This document shows positions 8,375 through 20,100 of a stretch of 64,000 nucleotides of DNA, in pieces; within the stretch, counting starts at the first letter, position 1, and each line of letters opens with the position of its first letter. The DNA lies in the IMG/VR virus record IMGVR_UViG_3300028388_001983, positions 1 to 64,000 of that record; one strand, 5' to 3'. The DNA is from a virus. The position numbers and the translations under genes were made by a program. A model generated the notes under the pieces. It made no database searches. It was given only the letters and a program-made list of their open reading frames with translations, and had not been told where the DNA came from.

Positions 8375-9094
8375 ATGATTAAAACGATTACAATACCAGA
8401 TTTACATGGCAAATCAATTTGGAAAGATGTTGATCCACATGAATATGATCAAATAATTTTTTTAGGTGACTATTTAGATGATTGGGATGTTTCTGATGAA
8501 TCTATGTTAGAAAATTTAAAAGAAGTTATTAATTTTAAAGAATTACATAAAGATAAAGTTATATTATTATTAGGTAATCATGATGTAGGTTATCTATATC
8601 CTATGTTTACTAAATTATTTAGAGCAACTAGATGTTCTGGATTTAGAAATAGTATGTATGAAGATGTTCATAAACTTTTGAATGATAATCGTTCTTTATT
8701 CCAACCTACTCACCAATTAAAAAATCATATATGGTCACATGCTGGAATTTCAGAACCTTGGTATGAAAATAGATTATTACCAGTATTAATCGGATTAGGA
8801 TTAGATCATGAAGATAATATAAATTTATCTACTAAAATTAATATCTGTTTTAAAACTGATGTTGAAGAATTATTTGATGTAGGATATATGAGAGGTGGAA
8901 ATTATCCTAATGGTGGAATATTTTGGGAAGATGCTACAGATTTAGTAAGTAGTCCTTATCCTAATATTCATCAAATAGTTGGACATACTAAGGGTAATTT
9001 CATAGGAAATGTGTATAATGATGATTTAAATAGTCATCTTACTTTTACAGATTGTCTAGATAAAAAAGTTGAATTTTATAAATTAGAGGTATAA
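8375..9094 (+). CDS. Metallophosphoesterase
   Basis: PDLHG, FLGDYLD, LGNHD, SHAG and QIVGHT motifs. Confidence 0.9.
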   Translation: MIKTITIPDLHGKSIWKDVDPHEYDQIIFLGDYLDDWDVSDESMLENLKEVINFKELHKDKVILLLGNHDVGYLYPMFTKLFRATRCSGFRNSMYEDVHKLLNDNRSLFQPTHQLKNHIWSHAGISEPWYENRLLPVLIGLGLDHEDNINLSTKINICFKTDVEELFDVGYMRGGNYPNGGIFWEDATDLVSSPYPNIHQIVGHTKGNFIGNVYNDDLNSHLTFTDCLDKKVEFYKLEV

Positions 9095-9096
9095 TT

Positions 9097-9354
9097 ATGT
9101 TTAAAGAAGAAGGAGAATTTCTAACTTATTTTACAGCAGAGTTAGGTCTTGGTACTAAAAATAGGGATTTATTACACGGTAATATTGAAATACACAGTGA
9201 AGAATATCCTTATCCAATATATAAAATATCAGTAGCTACAAATAAACCCAAAGAATTTAATGAATTTTTAAATAAGTTTGATTTTAAAGTTCTACCTATG
9301 AAAAAAATTCAAGAGATAGAAGAGGAAGTTAAATCTAAATATAAAATTATATAA
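9097..9354 (+). CDS. Hypothetical protein
   Basis: 85-aa ORF, tightly packed. Confidence 0.65.
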   Translation: MFKEEGEFLTYFTAELGLGTKNRDLLHGNIEIHSEEYPYPIYKISVATNKPKEFNEFLNKFDFKVLPMKKIQEIEEEVKSKYKII

Positions 9355-10059
9355 ATGATTGTACATATAGGATTTCAGAAATGTGCTTCTACATTTTTAC
9401 AAGAACAAATATTTCCAAACCTTTTAGGTATTAATTACAAAGGTATAATTGATATTACTGATCCTGATATATACAGTCGTCCTGATATAACTCCTGATAA
9501 TATTGATACCTCTGAAAAATCATTATATTCATTTGAAGCACTAGTTGGAGAAATGGGTACAGGTATAGGTAGATATGAAAGAATGGTAGGGTTAAAAAAA
9601 ATGGGAGCTAAGAAAATTATAATAGTAATACGAGATTTAAAATCCCATATAAAATCTGTATATAAAGAATTTATATATTCTGGTGGTACATTAACATACA
9701 ATGATTGGTTAAAATCTCCACATTGTAAATTTTATTATTTTCAATATCATCGAGTTATAAAACTATACCAAGATAATTTTGGTTATGAAAATGTTTTAGT
9801 TATAACACAAAATGGACTTCTTTCTAATCCTAAAGATGCTATTAATAAAATAATAAAATTTACTGGGGCTTTAGCAATTAAGGACTTTTCTCTTACTAAA
9901 GTTAATAAAGGACTATCTTATCCATTTATTAAATTGATGAGAGTTTTAAATCATTTTACATATAGTTATAGAAGAAGTTCGTCTTTCATACCTAAGTTTA
10001 TATCTTCAAATAAAGTTAGGGGAGTTCTATCCATCGTAGATAAAGTGAAAGATAAGTAG
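9355..10059 (+). CDS. Sulfotransferase-fold protein
   Basis: 5'-PSB-like loop HIGFQKCASTFLQ, SFEAL, 3'-PB-like IIVIRD...SVY, FGYENVLVI and terminal KVNKG. Confidence 0.78.
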   Translation: MIVHIGFQKCASTFLQEQIFPNLLGINYKGIIDITDPDIYSRPDITPDNIDTSEKSLYSFEALVGEMGTGIGRYERMVGLKKMGAKKIIIVIRDLKSHIKSVYKEFIYSGGTLTYNDWLKSPHCKFYYFQYHRVIKLYQDNFGYENVLVITQNGLLSNPKDAINKIIKFTGALAIKDFSLTKVNKGLSYPFIKLMRVLNHFTYSYRRSSSFIPKFISSNKVRGVLSIVDKVKDK

Positions 10060-10088
10060 GTACTGGTTAATTCCAGTACCTTTTTTTT
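10058..10088 (+). terminator. Intrinsic terminator between the convergent arms
   Basis: AGGTACTGG-TTAATT-CCAGTACCT followed by a long T run. Confidence 0.85.
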
Positions 10089-10094
10089 ATACCC

Positions 10095-13000
10095 TTAGAG
10101 ATAGTCAGCTTTTTTGTAGGTTTCAAATAGTTCTAATAACCTAGCTAACTGAGTTCCACCATATGCCCATTGTGAGGTATAGTAGAAAAATGGTGATTTA
10201 TCTTGAGGTGAATTTTCTCCAAACATTAAATCTCTACCTTCATCAAAAGTATTTCCAATTGTTTTACTAGCATCTTCTAATAATTGTGACATTGGTAGTG
10301 GATTAGATACTAATCTAATAAACTCTCTAGGTGTCCATGCAAATGATAGTTCTGAATAACTTTTTGCGAATGCTTTATACATAGTCCTAGTAAATTGATT
10401 ATCTGCATATAACGGTTCTCCATCTCCATCTCCATCAGACCCTAGCATAGTAATTAAAGCATAGAATAATAGAATAGCTCTAACTTCATTAACCATAGCC
10501 TTAATTTGGCCCCTCTTCATTTCTAAAAATTCTGCTTCACTAACTTCTTTAGCTTTTGCAGGATTAGCCTCTCTCCATTTATGATATTGTAATCTAGCTA
10601 ATTTTTTATTATAAGACTTATTAGAAAATCCAAATGTTGCTACATCTAAAGCAAGTTTACCTAAATTAGGTACAAGTATCTTTCTAGCGAAATAACCTAG
10701 TCCTACACCATTTCTAACAGTCTCTACTGAACTATAAGTACTAAAATAAGCTTTATATCTACCTTGTCTTAAAGATTGAATATATCTATCGTAAGTAATA
10801 TTTCCAAAACGTTCTTTCAATACTCCAGGCATCCATGTTTTAAATTGCATCATTAAATTTAATCCAAGGTTTACATCTGATGCACCTATATCTTCTGCAG
10901 ACATATTACCAATAATATTATTCATAGTATTCTTTACAGCAGCTCTGAACATAATAAAAGCATCTTTAGTCATACCATCTATTGATATTTCTCCAGTTTC
11001 AGGATCATATGTAGTATTTTCCCATATAGTAGTATATTTAGAAGCATCTATCTCAGGTTTGTTAAGTCTTAAAAGTTTACCATTTTCATCTACTGCATAA
11101 TTTTGAGACATTGACACTAAAACGTGTTCAGTAAGTTTCTCATCAGTACCCCTTAATGGCCAAAATAAATATCTATCATCTACATATTTGATTATCTTAT
11201 TGTTAGTAATTTTAGAAACCATTACATTAGATTCATCTTCTGCATAAGCATGAAAATATGCATTTATTGCTTTGTATTTCTTTCTACTTTTTCCAACCAT
11301 ATATTTATTGGCTTGTCTACCTTGATCAATAGTAAAACTAACTCCCTTAGCAGCTTCTAATCTAGTGTTTAATTTACCTGCTATATAAGCTCCTATACCA
11401 GGAATAACAGCAAATGCTAAAGCTTTTCTAGACATATACTGTTTTAAAGTTAATAAAGCCTTTGTAGTATTATATTTCTTCGATATACTCCCCTCTCTAA
11501 ATTTTATACCATACATATAATAATCAGTAATCTGTTCAAATAGTTTATATGTAGCTGTATTTTTAGATTTAGTATTTAAAGGGTCTTTGAAATTACCTTT
11601 GATAGCTTTACCTAATGTACTAGTTACAGTTTCTCCAGCTTGTTGTACTGAAGAATCTCCCATTAAATCTTTAAATGCTAATGTTTGAGCCTCTATTTTA
11701 GACATAGCATCATAATTATATGACATCTTAGCAAATAATGTTAACACCTTACTAAGGTCTTTAGATTGTTCAGATACATCTATTCTACCATCATTATCTT
11801 TAAATGGATGTAAAAACAGTCTAGGTATTTTTTTAACTGGTTGTCCGGTGAGAGGATCAATTTGACTTATGTGAACATCTTCTTCTCTAACACTTACTAA
11901 ATCACGATATATTTCTTGAAAAGTTTTTTTAATACTGCCATTATCTACTAAATGTTCTACAGCAGACTTACGAATTTTAGGTATAAAGTTATTAGGTATA
12001 TCAGAATACTGTAAACCTAATAAATCTCTAAACTCATCTATTTTAGAAGTAAAGAAATTATAATAATTTAATAAAGCTTCATTATTTTCGATATATTTAA
12101 ATTCATCTGATTTATACTGTTGTTCATATTCCGGCTTTAACTTTAAATGTTTATAGTTAGTTCTGTTTAAATAGGCTCCTTTTTTAGTAACTAAATCCCA
12201 TCTAGATTTCCATTGTTTTAACTCTTTGTTATATTCATTTCTAAGAGATTTAGAAGATTGTATTACTGTACCATCTTCATCTAATATAGGTTCAAAATTA
12301 TTTTTATCAATTTTAAGTCTAGCTTGAAATTCTTCTAATCTCTGATTATATTCCTTTTTAAACTCTTCAAAATCTCTAAATTCATACCTCTCAATTAACC
12401 ATTCATAGTCATCATTATTAAAAGCATCTTGTCTCTCTTCCCAAAATTCCTTGGTTAGTTGAGAGTATAAATTTCCAGTTTTTTGATTAATTATTTTAGA
12501 AAATATTTGACCTTTAGATAATCCGGCCTTTTTACCCCATCTTCTAAGATCAGCATCTACTTTCTCTAATTCTTCAAAGAATGTTCTCATTTCCATAGTA
12601 ACATCATAATAAGTTTCATTCTTTAAGTCGTTAAAAGCTTGAAATATAGGATGGTCTATTTCAGACAAGTTCAAGAAATTTCTAGTAATATATTTAACAC
12701 CGTCTAAAGCAATTAAATCCCCATTCTCATCTTTATAATTATCAGGAATTCTTTCTAATATCATAGATTCCCTTTTACTACGTGCTTGTTCTCTTAAATC
12801 TGCTATACGATCATATAATGCTCGTCTTTGATTTACTAATCTTTCTGCTACTTCAGGTTCTATCAATTTTAGATTTTGAATATATTCAGAAGTATCCTCT
12901 GTTATACCTTCATATACAGCAGATTCTTCCATAAATGTAGCTATATCTATAAGAGTAAGTTTATTAGGATTAGGTTCACCATTTGAAAGAGTATCAGGTT

Positions 13001-14147
13001 CTTCTAGCTTTTTACCAAATTTTAATACTAAACCTCTTGCATCTGAAAATATTGTATCTACTTCACCTTTTACCACTGCTCGTCTTACAGACTTGCGAAT
13101 AGCTCTAATTCTAGCTCTAAGCAAATCTTTATCGTTTTGGGATAATCCTTTCTTCTGTAAAGTTTCTTCTAATGTAGATACTAAACTTAACTGTTTTTCT
13201 AACAAGTTATCTAAACCTTTAAATTTAGTCTTCTCACCAATAGGAATTTCCATTAAATGTTTAGAAGTTTGTTCTCCTATTTGTACTAAATCTAAATGAT
13301 TCTTATATTCTTTACCCTCTTTAGCTAATTGTATGTGTATCGGAATAGCTCTACTCTCATTGAATTTTCTTATACCAAAATGTTCTAATAAAATTCTTTT
13401 ATAATCTTCTATAGTAAGAGTGTAAGATTCTATCTTACCTTCAGTAGCAAGAGTATCTACCAGAGTAGCTTTTTTACCAGTACCTCTAACAGCATAACGT
13501 GAGGGTGTAGAAGTTTTATAATCGTAAATAGAAGCACTATGATCACTAAAGACTGCCAATATATCTATTGCACCACCTCTATTTTTAAAAGGGTCTAATA
13601 TCTTCTGTTCAGTAAAAATTTGAACCTCTCCATCAGGATCAATACGCTTTTGTTGTTCATATATTCTATTTAAGAAGTCTTTTGACCAATCCATTAAAGC
13701 ATTAACATCTTTAAGATTTAAACTAACACCATATTCACCATTTTGAGCATCTTGTACTATTTGATTTAATGATTTAGAGTTTTCTTTATTAGTATTAGAA
13801 TTTAATATATCTTGTAAGATTTCATGAATTGTACTACCAGCCTCTCTCTTAAGTTCATTAACAGGAGAACGAGCCATCCTTTCAGCAGCTTCTTTACCAT
13901 ACTTACGTTCAAAATTCTTCTTAGCTTTATCAGATACCCTACCTTCAATTTCAGTATCTCCTATATAATATCTATTATTAGGACTTCCATTAACTGTATC
14001 AGGTATATAAAGATTCTCATTAAAGAATTTAAAAGCTTTAATTTTATCTGTTAAAGATGATTCTTTATCAATGTTGAGTCTGAAGTTTTTATTCCTGAGT
14101 AAATCTTCTATCTCACTTATACTCTTATTTAAATCTTCGCACGCCAT
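10095..14147 (-). CDS. Large virion-associated protein with N-terminal PD-(D/E)xK nuclease-like domain
   Basis: GSTIHEILQ...FTEQKI...GAIDIL...IYDYKT pattern; sits directly downstream of the vRNAP as in crAss-like phages; start probably MACEDL. Confidence 0.75.
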   Translation of the reverse strand: MACEDLNKSISEIEDLLRNKNFRLNIDKESSLTDKIKAFKFFNENLYIPDTVNGSPNNRYYIGDTEIEGRVSDKAKKNFERKYGKEAAERMARSPVNELKREAGSTIHEILQDILNSNTNKENSKSLNQIVQDAQNGEYGVSLNLKDVNALMDWSKDFLNRIYEQQKRIDPDGEVQIFTEQKILDPFKNRGGAIDILAVFSDHSASIYDYKTSTPSRYAVRGTGKKATLVDTLATEGKIESYTLTIEDYKRILLEHFGIRKFNESRAIPIHIQLAKEGKEYKNHLDLVQIGEQTSKHLMEIPIGEKTKFKGLDNLLEKQLSLVSTLEETLQKKGLSQNDKDLLRARIRAIRKSVRRAVVKGEVDTIFSDARGLVLKFGKKLEEPDTLSNGEPNPNKLTLIDIATFMEESAVYEGITEDTSEYIQNLKLIEPEVAERLVNQRRALYDRIADLREQARSKRESMILERIPDNYKDENGDLIALDGVKYITRNFLNLSEIDHPIFQAFNDLKNETYYDVTMEMRTFFEELEKVDADLRRWGKKAGLSKGQIFSKIINQKTGNLYSQLTKEFWEERQDAFNNDDYEWLIERYEFRDFEEFKKEYNQRLEEFQARLKIDKNNFEPILDEDGTVIQSSKSLRNEYNKELKQWKSRWDLVTKKGAYLNRTNYKHLKLKPEYEQQYKSDEFKYIENNEALLNYYNFFTSKIDEFRDLLGLQYSDIPNNFIPKIRKSAVEHLVDNGSIKKTFQEIYRDLVSVREEDVHISQIDPLTGQPVKKIPRLFLHPFKDNDGRIDVSEQSKDLSKVLTLFAKMSYNYDAMSKIEAQTLAFKDLMGDSSVQQAGETVTSTLGKAIKGNFKDPLNTKSKNTATYKLFEQITDYYMYGIKFREGSISKKYNTTKALLTLKQYMSRKALAFAVIPGIGAYIAGKLNTRLEAAKGVSFTIDQGRQANKYMVGKSRKKYKAINAYFHAYAEDESNVMVSKITNNKIIKYVDDRYLFWPLRGTDEKLTEHVLVSMSQNYAVDENGKLLRLNKPEIDASKYTTIWENTTYDPETGEISIDGMTKDAFIMFRAAVKNTMNNIIGNMSAEDIGASDVNLGLNLMMQFKTWMPGVLKERFGNITYDRYIQSLRQGRYKAYFSTYSSVETVRNGVGLGYFARKILVPNLGKLALDVATFGFSNKSYNKKLARLQYHKWREANPAKAKEVSEAEFLEMKRGQIKAMVNEVRAILLFYALITMLGSDGDGDGEPLYADNQFTRTMYKAFAKSYSELSFAWTPREFIRLVSNPLPMSQLLEDASKTIGNTFDEGRDLMFGENSPQDKSPFFYYTSQWAYGGTQLARLLELFETYKKADYL

Positions 14148-14149
14148 AA

Positions 14150-17100
14150 TTATAATCCACAATAAATTTCTAATTGACCTTCACTCATTTGTTCTATAAA
14201 ATCTAACTTCTGTTGAGTAGAAAAGAAGTCATAATTAGGGAATATTGAATCAAAATTCTCTAATAAATACTCTTGGTTTTGAATAGTAGCATTTTCTTTT
14301 GTTAACTCTTGAGAAGTTACTTCTCTACTTTGAGTAGCATTCTTATTAGTAGGTTTAGATATTAATAATCTATGATATTTTCTACCACCCATATCCTGTA
14401 AATTGTGTTTTACAGAAACTGCATCTGATCCAAAATCTCTAATAGCTCTACTTTCTAACCTATCAATAGACTCTCTATAATACTCATTTACTACTTTAGT
14501 ATTACCAATAACCTTACCAGGAAAGTTTTCCCAATTATTTAAAACACTGAAATTAGATTCCTGAGAATACATTTTAGGAGATTCTACTACTTCAGTAGAT
14601 TCTTTAAGATTAGTTAAATTGTTATTTAATATATCATAAGCAGCTTTTTTAAATGGTGTACTCTTACTAAACCAACCTTTAATCTTATTCCATAAAGCTT
14701 TCCACCAGTTCTGAGATTGTGTAGTTTCATGAATACCAACCATCTCATTAGCAATAACCTTACCAATAGCTTCTTGCTTTAACAAAGTTTCATCACCTTC
14801 ATATATTTCAGAATATTGTTTTACTACATTTTTATAAGTATCATACTTAGTAATATTCCTCAACATACCTTTGTAAAGATTATTATCTTCACCAAGCATA
14901 GCTACATACCAGTGTGCTGCTTCTTCAGGTAATTGACTAATTTTTAAGTCTTTACCATCTACTACTTCTATAGTTTTATTTATAAAATTAGCTGCAGCAA
15001 CTGCATTAGTAGGTTTACCTTTAGCATCTAGAATTTCCTTAACTCTAACTAAATCAACTCCAATAGCCTTAAAAAATTCTTCTACTGAATTATTTAAATC
15101 TTCATTGGCCTCAAGACCTTCCATAGCAAAAGACATCATTCTATCTTTTCTACTAAGAGAACTTATTTCAGCATTTATATCACTAACATCTTCTGGTATA
15201 GGAACAGTGTCATCAACTATTTGTTCTTGAGTTGTTCTAGTATCTGAATTATTAATATCTAATACAGAATAATCACTTACAGTTTCAGTAGTTTCAAAGA
15301 ATCTATAACCGTATCCTAATTTTGGAACTAACTCAAATCTAGCAAAGTCTTCTTCTACACGAGCTTTTTGATAAAGTACGATTTCTTTAGGTACATTTAT
15401 ACCTTGTCTAAATTTTTGAATAGCATCTCTTTTATTGTCCAAAAATACTACTTTAGATATATACTCTTCATCATAGGCAGCATACTTATTACTTACATCT
15501 ATAGATTTAGGAATTTTATTATTAACTAAATATGTACCCTTTCTACCAAATCTCACTACTAGATTAGTATCATTAGCATTATTCCTAATAATATCATCAA
15601 TAGCATGATGTAGTTCATCTCCTAAAGATTCATTATCTTTAGCTTTGTTTAAGAAGGTAGTTATAATATCATTTACTATAGGTTGAAAATATCTATTAGG
15701 GATTAAATGATAAAAGTTAATAGGAGAATTATGTACTCCGCCTTGAGCTATCATATAAGACATTAAATCTTTACCTAATTTACGTATATAATCTTCTTCA
15801 GACTCTAATAATTCAGCCCAAGCTTCTGTAATATTGTCCTGCTCTTCTACTGTTAATCTTTGTTGATATAGTTTTACATTATCAACTGGTACATCCATAT
15901 CTCTTCCAGTATCATAAGCTTTTATTAATGGTAATAATTCTTTTATTAGTAAATTATTTCTTAATTGATTATCAGTTTTAGCTTTTAAAATTCTAGTCGG
16001 AACAGAATTTTTACCAACTAATAAATATTCATAGTTTTCTGGACTAAGTTCTTTACCTAAAATCCAATTAGTTAATTGATTTTCAAATTTATGTAAGAAT
16101 TTATCCGCTCTTTTATCACTCATCTTAGTTCCTAAAGCAGGTTTAAGAATGGTGCCTTCTAAATAAGTTAATATTTCTTCATGTCCAGTTATAAAGAAGT
16201 TTTTAAATAGTTTAAAAGTTTCAGTATGAGTTTTTGAATATTCATTTAAATAAGAATTACTCATAAAATTATTATAATCAACACGATCAAAGAAATCAAG
16301 TTCTCCAAATTTAATTCTTCGTTGATTTAATCTTCTAACTTGAGCTCTGTTTTTACCTAAAGCAACATCAGGTCTAGTAACTTTTTGAAATTCTGATAAT
16401 ATTCTACCAAATTGAACATACATTAAAAAATTATCTAAAATTTGCATATTCATTTTAACATCTTTAGTAGTAGGCTTATAAGTTTTTTGAAGATCAGTTT
16501 TAGTAAGATGTTTATATTTTAAATCTTTAAATTTTTTATTTAAAGCTTCTACTTCTTCTGAAGTAACTTTTTTTCTATTGTTTAAATAATCATCAAAAAA
16601 TTCATACTGCATCTCAACAGTAGGAAATCCATATTTTTCAGCTACTCTTGATACTGTATCTTTAACTTTATTATCTTGATCAGCATGTTCATCTATTGAC
16701 CTCTGCTTTAAATAATCTAATATAACAGGTTGTGTAAAAAATCTTGCTAAAGTTTTAATATCAGTAGGTCCTTTTTCAACACCTGTTCTCATTAAAAAGT
16801 TAAATGCGTTAAATGTACTAGTATTGGCATTTAAATATAATATAAATGGGTCTTTAGCAACATCTACAAATGCTGTAAGAAATTCTGCATATATATCAGA
16901 AATCTTTTTACCATCTATATCATTTATATGACCAATTTTATAGTTTTGATCTTCCTCTAATTGTTGTCCTTTAAAGAAAATATTAACTGCTTTATCTACT
17001 ACTTTTAATGGGTTCTCTTGAGTGGATACATGGGATACATTAGCTGTTGCTGTCATACCTATACCAGCTTTACCACTAAAATATTCCATTGCTCTCTTAG

Positions 17101-20100
17101 CATTATACCAAAATTTAATACCATGACTCCAACTATCTGTAATGGTATCATCTAATGGACTTTTAGATCGAACCTTTAATTCATTAGCTAAAGATTGTAA
17201 TGTGTCAGCATTATTAGGCTTAATAAGGCTATCAAATCTAACTGGGTGTAATACTGCTTCATTATTAATCTCTAATAATCTATTATAAATAGAGTTAAGA
17301 GTATTAACTTCTTCAGGAGCTTTACCTAAATTATTGTTAACAAACTCTTCTTTAGTAGGTAACTCTTTGATCCTTTCTTCTAATTGAGCATCAGTTAAGT
17401 TTTCTATATCTCCTTCTTTTAAGTTAGGAAATAACTCTTTAAATTCTTCAACTTCTTGTATAGCTTTGAATTCACCTTTCTTATACTCATTGTAAGCTCT
17501 CAGTATTCCACCATATTTATAAAAATATATAGAATCAAGAGTAGTTTTATTAATTTTATCATAATAATTTTCTACTTGGAGTTTTCCATTTATAGTTTTA
17601 ATACTTCTATAATAAGTAGTAAGTTTATCCACATCAAAGTCAGAACCAGTTTTAACTACAATATCTGCTGGTAATACAATCTTAGCTCCAACATGTTGAG
17701 GTAAGAACTTTTTAACTCTAATAGCTTCTAATGAATTAAGCCCCTGAGCAGGTATTCTATTAGCAGATAATGTTAAAATTCTTGGGTCCATTGCATCAAT
17801 AGCTCCACCTTGAACCATTTTATTAAATTCTTCTAATCCACCTACTTGTTTTACATATCTAACTAAAGAATTTGGTAGAGGTATCATTACTTCCATTTCA
17901 GTCACCTTACCATCTTTGTTAGTATAAAACTTTAAGTCCTCATCATATATAGCAGAAGACTCTTGAATTAACATTTCACCAGGAACCTTATTAGATATTA
18001 CTGAGTTTCTTACAAAAGCAAATAAAACATTTTCTATTTGATTTTTATTTACTAAAGTATCTATAAGTTTAGATTCAGTATCTAAAACAATATCAATACC
18101 TTCGATAGCATTCTGAGGTAATTGTCTTCCATGAAATAAATCAATTAACTTATCTTTAAACTTACTTTTATTTTCTTCTAATATACTATATTCTTCTGTT
18201 TTACTATTATATGTTAAACCCAATTCATCTATAATTTGATTTCTAACTCTCCTAGTAATAGCATTAGTAAGCTTATCTCTTTCTTCTTTCAATGGTTTAA
18301 ACTCTTGATCTAGTTCTGAACCAAATATATCTCCAAACAGTAGTCTTACCATCTGAGTAGATTGAGTTACCTTATTTTTAAATTCATCATGAATATCTAA
18401 CTGTTCACCAAAATTATCATAATTAACAGTATTTTCCTTTTGACTACTCTCAATAGAATCTAAATTAGTTATATCTATGGGTTCACCTTTAAAAGTAGCT
18501 TTTTGAGTAGTTACAAATCCTGCATAACTTACTCCATCATTCATCATATTAAGTAGCAAGTTCATACCAGTACTACCATCTTTTAAAGTTGAAGGTAATA
18601 TAGGAGTAGTAGAAGTCTTAAAGTATTCTACAAAATCTCCTTCTTCTGACTTACCATAACCAATAGGTTTAATTGGAGGTAATTGACCTAATTCTTCAGG
18701 TTTTATAATCTCTCCATTAAACATAGGTTGTTCTGGTACAGAGGTTCTTACATGTTGTCCAAACAATTCTAAGAAGTTCCCTTCAGTAAATTCAAAGTTT
18801 TTATTAGGATTATTAATAAGTCTTATCCCTAATAACTGTTGTTCATATTGATAAGCTTTTTCTTGATCTTCTGTCCATTCTCCTTGACGTACTTTGAATC
18901 CTCTATATTCATCTAAAGTAATATGAGATTGAGCATCAGTACCTTCTATTTTATTATATTTTTTATAAATCGTACTAAGTTCAGAATTTTCAGTAACTAT
19001 ATCTTTTAATACATATAATCCTGGAGTTTTAGTATGCTGTGCATTATCCATTCTTGGATACTGAACATTTAATTGTCGTATAGTCTCATCATCATTTCTA
19101 GTATTCTTTCTAGTAGAACCAGCACCAGTAGTTCTCTTATGAAAATCTATAATATCTTTATAACCAGCTAAATCTCCATATACTAATCTCAACTGTTCAT
19201 TAGCTCCTACAAAATAATTATAAAATATTCTTTTAGCTACATTACTCATCTCTCCTGAATTAAGAACACCATCAAATTTTTCAGAGAATTCAGTAAGTAG
19301 TTCTGGACTTATATCACTTATATAATAAGTATCTGTACCTTCTCTAGCAACAAGCCCTGCACTCTCAAGATATTGAATAGTTTCATCTATATTATCTTGT
19401 ATATAAGTATCAAATGTAGAATCAATTTCTTCATGATATTGTTCAGTAAACTGCTGAGATAATTCTTCTACAGATAAATCTGGATTTGAGTTTTTAAAGT
19501 TTTCAAAAATAGTTTTTTGATCTTTCTCACTCCATATAAAATTAAATACTCTAAGAGTAGATAAATTATTTCCTACATATCTAGTATTTAAATCTTCTTT
19601 TAAGTTTTTAAAGGTTAATGCCAATTCATCTTTAAGATATTCAAGCATGCTATCTTTAATAGTTTCATTTTCTACTGTACCTCTATACTCACCTCTAGCA
19701 TTTGGTAATCTTATTGCATACTCTAATCTACGATCACCCATTCTTAAAAATGGCATAGTACCATCAAGTAAATGATTAACTAAAAAACTAGTATAATCAT
19801 ACTCTTTCATGTCTGTTACTTCAAAACCATCTCCAAAATCTTCTTTAATTCCTTTTAGAAGTATAAATTGAGTACGTTTACCTTCTAATGCAGCCTTAAC
19901 AATTTTAGAATTAGTAGAAAAAGTAGCATTACCTTTAAACTTTCTAGGTAATAAGTTTTTAAACTCTTCTATATCTATATCTTCTAATGTCTCTCCACTC
20001 TCTATTAAACTAGCTAATTTATTTAATTTATTAAAAGTATTACTAGCTCCACCATTCAATGCAATAGACCATTCTGTCTCTCCATCTTGATTAAAGTAGG

